From Methanosphaera stadtmanae DSM 3091 (GTDB lineage Archaea > Methanobacteriota > Methanobacteria > Methanobacteriales > Methanobacteriaceae): 32,000 bases of DNA. Position 1 is the first letter of the stretch. Each line of letters begins with the position of its first letter. The notes below the pieces were generated by a model. That model was not told the DNA's origin, searched no databases, and was given only the letters and a program-made list of their open reading frames with translations. The DNA is taken from NCBI RefSeq assembly GCF_000012545.1, contig NC_007681.1, positions 720,001-752,000 of the forward strand, written 5' to 3'. This document shows, piece after piece, positions 27,583 through 32,000 of this stretch. A program made the translations under genes and the position numbers.

Positions 27583-28626
27583 CTATAATTTACCATCAAT
27601 TTCATCAATTACTTGGGCTATTGTTTTTAATTGATTATCATTATCACAGATAGTATCATTAAATCTCTGTGTTATACCCATACTATTTGTAAATGAACCA
27701 TTCTTTTCATACCATGCCTTTACTGGTATTTGAAAACTACTCTCATTGGTGGTATTTAGTGTATCAAATGAAATTATAATTTTGTTATTAAAAATATCAT
27801 TTTTCATAAAATTAGTTAAATTGATATCAGTAAAAATAATAACATCAGAATCATTTATTTTAGATATAATCTCGTTGATTGATGTTGATTTTACATGATG
27901 AAGTACAGAGTAACTATTTGGATATTTAGGTAATGGTAGAATTTTTAATTTATTATTTTCTACATATTCAATAATCTTATTATAATTATCTGTTGAATCG
28001 ATTTTATTGATTATTAAAATAGCGTTCTCATCTATTTTTTCATGTTCTAATATTGATGGTATCTCATCATATGAATTGATTTTAATGAATTTATCACTAT
28101 TATATCCTGTTAAATTTTTTGTTTTATTTATATTGATAGTATAACAGTTGTTTTTCTTGGCATGGATGATTCTACGACCAATCAATGCATTTTCTCTATA
28201 TATATCTCCAATTGTGATTATATAATTAGCATTACTTATATCATCATAAGATGCAATTATATTGGCATCTGTTTTATTGAAATTATTTTCATATGCCAAT
28301 AGTGTATAGTCATGTTTTTTTGTAAATTCCATTAATCTATCTAAATCAACATTATCTGTTTTTCCAGAGGTGAGGATAGTAACATCTTTATTATCTTTTA
28401 ATATTTTAGTTACATTATCTATCAAATTAGTATAATCTGTACTTTGCTTGATTTTATTATTTATAAATAGGTTTATATTATCAGTACAATTATTACAATT
28501 ACGACCTTCATTTATTGAATGGTCTTTGTATGAGTTAATACCTACTATTTTTTTATTTTTACTTATAATATTTAAACCACAGCCTACACTGCATGTGGGG
28601 CAAATAGTATGTTTTATTTTTAACAT
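27583..28626 (-). CDS. Short, degenerate molybdopterin-oxidoreductase (FdhA-like) protein retaining only the N-terminal 4Fe-4S motif
   Basis: 347 aa. The 4Fe-4S motif is C9-x2-C12-x3-C16...C44 (HTICPTCSVGCG...GRNC). Fold remnants are NANYIITIGDIYRENALIGRRIIHAKKNN and IPVKAWYEKNGSFTNSMGITQRF. It has no Cys/Sec-His ligand segment and no C-terminal dinucleotide-binding domain. SD GGTGAT is upstream. Confidence 0.75.
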   Translation of the reverse strand: MLKIKHTICPTCSVGCGLNIISKNKKIVGINSYKDHSINEGRNCNNCTDNINLFINNKIKQSTDYTNLIDNVTKILKDNKDVTILTSGKTDNVDLDRLMEFTKKHDYTLLAYENNFNKTDANIIASYDDISNANYIITIGDIYRENALIGRRIIHAKKNNCYTININKTKNLTGYNSDKFIKINSYDEIPSILEHEKIDENAILIINKIDSTDNYNKIIEYVENNKLKILPLPKYPNSYSVLHHVKSTSINEIISKINDSDVIIFTDINLTNFMKNDIFNNKIIISFDTLNTTNESSFQIPVKAWYEKNGSFTNSMGITQRFNDTICDNDNQLKTIAQVIDEIDGKL

Positions 28627-28703
28627 AAAATCACCAACATGTTAAAATTGTAAATTCAAATTTCTTTTTATTTTCTTGTGAATGTTTTAATTTCTAAGTA
28701 TTA

Positions 28704-28721
28704 ATAATGATTAATCATTAT
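28704..28721. promoter_or_regulatory. 18-bp perfect palindrome ATAATGATTAATCATTAT, 78 bp upstream of the fdhA-like operon start
   Basis: Read directly. It lies in the 480-bp divergent intergenic region between the fdhA-like gene (minus) and rtcB (plus). Confidence 0.4.
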
Positions 28722-29107
28722 AAATATAATATAAATTATATATATAAACACAACTATATAAATATTTCAAAATAAGAACAATATTTCCTAAAAATAGTTA
28801 AAATACTAAAATATTTATAGATAGAAAATTGATTTAATTTTAAAAGTCATAATATAATTAAAAAAAAAGATAATATAATATAAATCTCAACCATAACTAA
28901 AAATAAGATATTATTATAATTAATCTAAAGAATAATAATTTCATATAACAATAAAATAAAAGTATTATTTCTAACAAAATTATAACATATTATAATAAAA
29001 ATATGAAATTAACATAAAGTTAAAAAAAATTAAATATTTATTTTAACATTTAATAATTCACAACATTATATAATATAATTTTAAATAAAGACAAAGAGTG
29101 TGAAAAA

Positions 29108-30556
29108 ATGGTAGGAAAAGGAGATTTAGAAAAAGTTAGAGATTGTGTATATGAAATTCCATCATCAGCAAGAAAAGATATGAGAGTTCCTGCTAGAATT
29201 TATTTAGATGAAGAATCAATAAAAACATTAGAAGATGGAGCAATTGAACAAGTAGCTAATGTAGCATGTCTTGAAGGAATACAGAAAAGATCAATAGGAT
29301 TACCAGATATTCACTTTGGATATGGATTTAGTATTGGAGGAGTAGCAGCATTCTCTGAAATTAATGGAGTAGTAAGTCCTGGAGGAGTAGGTTTTGATAT
29401 TAACTGTGGAGTAAGACTACTAAAAACAAATCTTACAAAACAAGACATACAACCTCATCTTAAAGATCTTGTTAATGAATTATTTAATAAAGTACCATCA
29501 GGTCTTGGAAGTAATGGTATAAAACACTTAAAAGAATCTGAAATAGATGATGTACTAGAAAATGGTGCTAAATGGGCAGTAGAAAATGGATTTGGATGGG
29601 AAGAAGATCTTAAATTCCTTGAAGAAAATGGTTGTATGGAAGGAGCAGATGCTAGTTTAGTAAGTACAAAGGCAAAAAGAAGAGGTATACCACAGCTTGG
29701 ATCACTTGGAAGTGGAAATCATTTCCTAGAAATTCAATCAATAGGTGATATATATGATGAAGAAATTGCAAAAGCATATGGTCTAGAAAAGGATCAAGTA
29801 GTAGTATTAATACATACAGGTTCTCGTGGATGTGGATATCAAATCTGTGCAGATAATCTACGTGAAATGGATAAAACTGCAAAAAGATTAAAATTAAATC
29901 TACCAGATAGACAACTTGCATGTGCACCAATAGATTCTGATGAAGGACAAAACTACTTAAAAGCAATGGCTGCAGGTGCAAACTATGCATGGACAAATAG
30001 ACAAATGATTCAACATTGGGTAAGAGAATCATTTGAAAATATTTTAAAACAAGATGCAGAATCATTAGGTTTAAATGTATTATATGATGTAGCACATAAC
30101 ATAATTAAAAAAGAACAACATAAAATTGGTAAAATTAATAGAAATATGTATGTACATCGTAAAGGAGCAACACGTGCATTTGGTCCTGGAAGAAAAGAAA
30201 TTCCACAAGAATATAGAAGTGTAGGTCAACCTGTACTCATACCAGGTACTATGGGAACTTCATCCTATATATTAGCTGGAACTGAAACTGCAATGGATGA
30301 AACATTTGGGTCTACAGCACACGGAGCTGGAAGAGTACTTAGTAGGTCTGGTGCAAAACGTGAATTTACTCCAGAAGAAATATCAAAAGATTTAGCAGAT
30401 AAAGGAATTATTCTTAAAGCAAATTCACAACCAGTTATTGCTGAAGAAGCACCTAATGCATATAAAGATGTTGATTCAGTTGTAAAAACTGCTGATAAAA
30501 CAGGTATAAGTAAACTTGTTGCTCAAATGAAACCATTAGGTGTAATTAAGGGGTAA
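29108..30556 (+). CDS. rtcB: RNA-splicing ligase RtcB
   Basis: 482 aa with motifs [35 protein letters not shown] and STAHGAGR. No intein is present. Confidence 0.96.
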   Translation: MVGKGDLEKVRDCVYEIPSSARKDMRVPARIYLDEESIKTLEDGAIEQVANVACLEGIQKRSIGLPDIHFGYGFSIGGVAAFSEINGVVSPGGVGFDINCGVRLLKTNLTKQDIQPHLKDLVNELFNKVPSGLGSNGIKHLKESEIDDVLENGAKWAVENGFGWEEDLKFLEENGCMEGADASLVSTKAKRRGIPQLGSLGSGNHFLEIQSIGDIYDEEIAKAYGLEKDQVVVLIHTGSRGCGYQICADNLREMDKTAKRLKLNLPDRQLACAPIDSDEGQNYLKAMAAGANYAWTNRQMIQHWVRESFENILKQDAESLGLNVLYDVAHNIIKKEQHKIGKINRNMYVHRKGATRAFGPGRKEIPQEYRSVGQPVLIPGTMGTSSYILAGTETAMDETFGSTAHGAGRVLSRSGAKREFTPEEISKDLADKGIILKANSQPVIAEEAPNAYKDVDSVVKTADKTGISKLVAQMKPLGVIKG

Positions 30557-30561
30557 ACTTA

Positions 30562-31323
30562 ATGATTGGTATTATTGGTGGAACAGGAACAAAAGCATTA
30601 CTTGAAACATACTCTATTGTAGATAAAAAAGATGTTAAGACAGAGTATGGACAGGCTCCACAAATCACTATATTGGATATTAATAATAAAGAAGTAGCAT
30701 ATATTCCAAGACATAGTCAAGGACATAGTGTACCTCCACATAAAATTAATTATAGAGCAAATATTGAAGCATTAAAAACAATTGGTGTAAATCAAGTTTA
30801 TGCAACTAACTCTGTGGGTTCTTTAGATACAAATATAGAACCTGGAAGTATATTAATACCAGATAACTTCATAGATTTTACACATAATCGTGTTTCAACA
30901 TTCTTTGATAATGAAGTTGTACATATTGATTGTACAAATCCTTACTGTGAAACACTTAGAACTAATTTAATAACTGGTAATGATGTACATCCCTATGGAA
31001 TATACATTGCTACAGAAGGTCCACGATTTGAAACTGGTGCTGAAATACAGTTTTATAAGTTAATAGGTGGAAAAGTTGTGGGTATGACAGGAGTTCCAGA
31101 AGTTGTTCTTGCAAAGGAAAAACAGATGTGTTATAGTAGTATTTGTGCAGTAACAAATTATGCGGCAGCTATATCACCAAATAAACTAACAATTACAGAA
31201 GTTATTGATGCTATGAAGGATTGTGAAGAAAAATTAATTAAACTTATTACAAAAACCATTAAAAACACTGTTGTTAGTAGAGATTGTGGATGTCAGCATA
31301 TATTAGATGATGCAATTATTTAA
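30562..31323 (+). CDS. mtnP: S-methyl-5'-thioadenosine (MTA)/purine nucleoside phosphorylase family protein
   Basis: 253 aa with motifs IGIIGGTG, IPRHSQGHSVPPHKINYRANIEALKTIGV and ATEGPRFET. SD AAGGGG is upstream. Confidence 0.85.
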   Translation: MIGIIGGTGTKALLETYSIVDKKDVKTEYGQAPQITILDINNKEVAYIPRHSQGHSVPPHKINYRANIEALKTIGVNQVYATNSVGSLDTNIEPGSILIPDNFIDFTHNRVSTFFDNEVVHIDCTNPYCETLRTNLITGNDVHPYGIYIATEGPRFETGAEIQFYKLIGGKVVGMTGVPEVVLAKEKQMCYSSICAVTNYAAAISPNKLTITEVIDAMKDCEEKLIKLITKTIKNTVVSRDCGCQHILDDAII

Positions 31324-31386
31324 ATAATATTAAATATAACAAGAGTTATATTTTAAATAAAGAGTATAATAATAAGGGGTTTATAT

Positions 31387-32000
31387 ATGACTAATGAGAT
31401 TATAAGAGAAATTGAAGAATTAAAAAAAGAAAAAAATGCCATAATTCTTGCTCATAATTATCAACCAAAAGAAATACAAGAAATAGCTGACTTTGTAGGG
31501 GATTCACTAGAATTATGTATAAAAGCAAATAATGTGGATGAAGCAGATATTATAGTATTTTGTGGTGTTAATTTCATGGCAGAAACTGCTTCTATTATTA
31601 GTCCAGATAAAAAGGTATTATTACCAGATAATAGAGCTAATTGTCAAATGGCAGACATGGTTTCACTTGATGAATTGAAAAAAGCAAAAGCTGAACATCC
31701 AGATTGTGAAGTAGTATTGTATGTAAATAGTAGAGCAGAAACTAAAAGTGAAGCTGACATAGTATGTACTTCTGCAAATGCTGGTAAAATAGTTTCTAGT
31801 TTAAAATCTGATAATTTTATATTTGCACCAGACCATAATTTAGGTATCTACTCAGCAAAACAATCAGGTAAAAATCCAATAATAGTTCCTGAAGATGGAC
31901 ATTGTTATGTACATACAATGTTTAAACCAGAAGATATTAAAAAAGCACGAGAAGATTATCCAAATGCTAAAATAGTGGTTCATCCAGAATGTAACGATGA
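31387..32000 (+). CDS. nadA: Quinolinate synthase NadA, 3'-truncated by the window edge
   Basis: ATG 31387, with SD AAGGGG upstream, begins MTNEIIREIEELKKEKNAIILAHNYQPKEIQEIADFVGDSLELC...VNFMAETA. The frame stays open to the window end. It is absent from the track because no stop falls in the window. Confidence 0.9.
   Translation, partial: MTNEIIREIEELKKEKNAIILAHNYQPKEIQEIADFVGDSLELCIKANNVDEADIIVFCGVNFMAETASIISPDKKVLLPDNRANCQMADMVSLDELKKAKAEHPDCEVVLYVNSRAETKSEADIVCTSANAGKIVSSLKSDNFIFAPDHNLGIYSAKQSGKNPIIVPEDGHCYVHTMFKPEDIKKAREDYPNAKIVVHPECND

Noticed and set aside
15285-30095. Other shadow ORFs: 15285..15479(+), 16843..17064(+), 19661..19843(+), 22091..22324(+), 24518..24706(-), 25582..25842(-), 26199..26429(+), 26675..26905(+), 26862..27068(+), 28448..28645(+), 29652..30095(-)
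   Set aside because: Each lies within, antisense to or out of frame with, a confidently identified conserved gene (rpoE', aIF2-gamma, aIF5B, L7Ae, cdc6, archease, mvhD, fdhB-like, fdhA-like, rtcB). None has recognisable motifs.
1-32000. Whole-window scan for CRISPR arrays, IS/transposase genes, integrases, rRNA/tRNA genes and known defence-system genes
   Set aside because: None were seen. The only periodic repeats are the five about 22-bp units at 25187-25294. These are too short, too few and lack unique spacers, so they are not a CRISPR array.

Overview
Very AT-rich archaeal chromosomal DNA. Gene content indicates a Methanobacteriales methanogen. The giant Asn/Thr-rich surface protein and a molybdenum-site-less FdhA-like gene suggest Methanosphaera or a close relative, but that assignment is inference. 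All homology calls come from motif recognition by eye, with no searches run.

Layout:
- 1-3.5 kb: two tandem paralogous multi-pass membrane proteins (putative GT-C glycosyltransferase-like) and a KH + PP-loop ATPase.
- 3.5-5.2 kb: a small unlisted membrane ORF and argH.
- 5.6-13.0 kb: one 2468-aa adhesin-like gene, preceded by about 1 kb of gene-free leader that contains a G10 tract.
- 14.0-22.3 kb: a same-strand block of conserved archaeal information-processing genes: S27ae, S24e, DUF359 dephospho-CoA kinase, Spt4, Rpo7/E', PPase, Fcf1-like PIN, aIF2-gamma, S6e, aIF5B, Ndk, L24e, S28e, L7Ae.
- 22.7-24.7 kb: UbiA-type prenyltransferase and orc1/cdc6.
- 24.7-25.5 kb: AT-rich spacer carrying five phased G-string repeats.
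- 25.5-32 kb: archease, an mvhD / fdhB-like / degenerate fdhA-like operon, rtcB, MTA phosphorylase, and the start of nadA.

I found no rRNA, tRNA, CRISPR array, IS element or recognisable defence island, and most of the window is ordinary core genome. The items most worth a second look are:
- the orc1/cdc6-adjacent repeat array
- the Mo-ligand-less FdhA-like/FdhB/MvhD operon
- the three-cysteine KH-PP-loop protein
- the G10 tract upstream of the adhesin gene
- a box-C/D-like K-turn in the L7Ae leader
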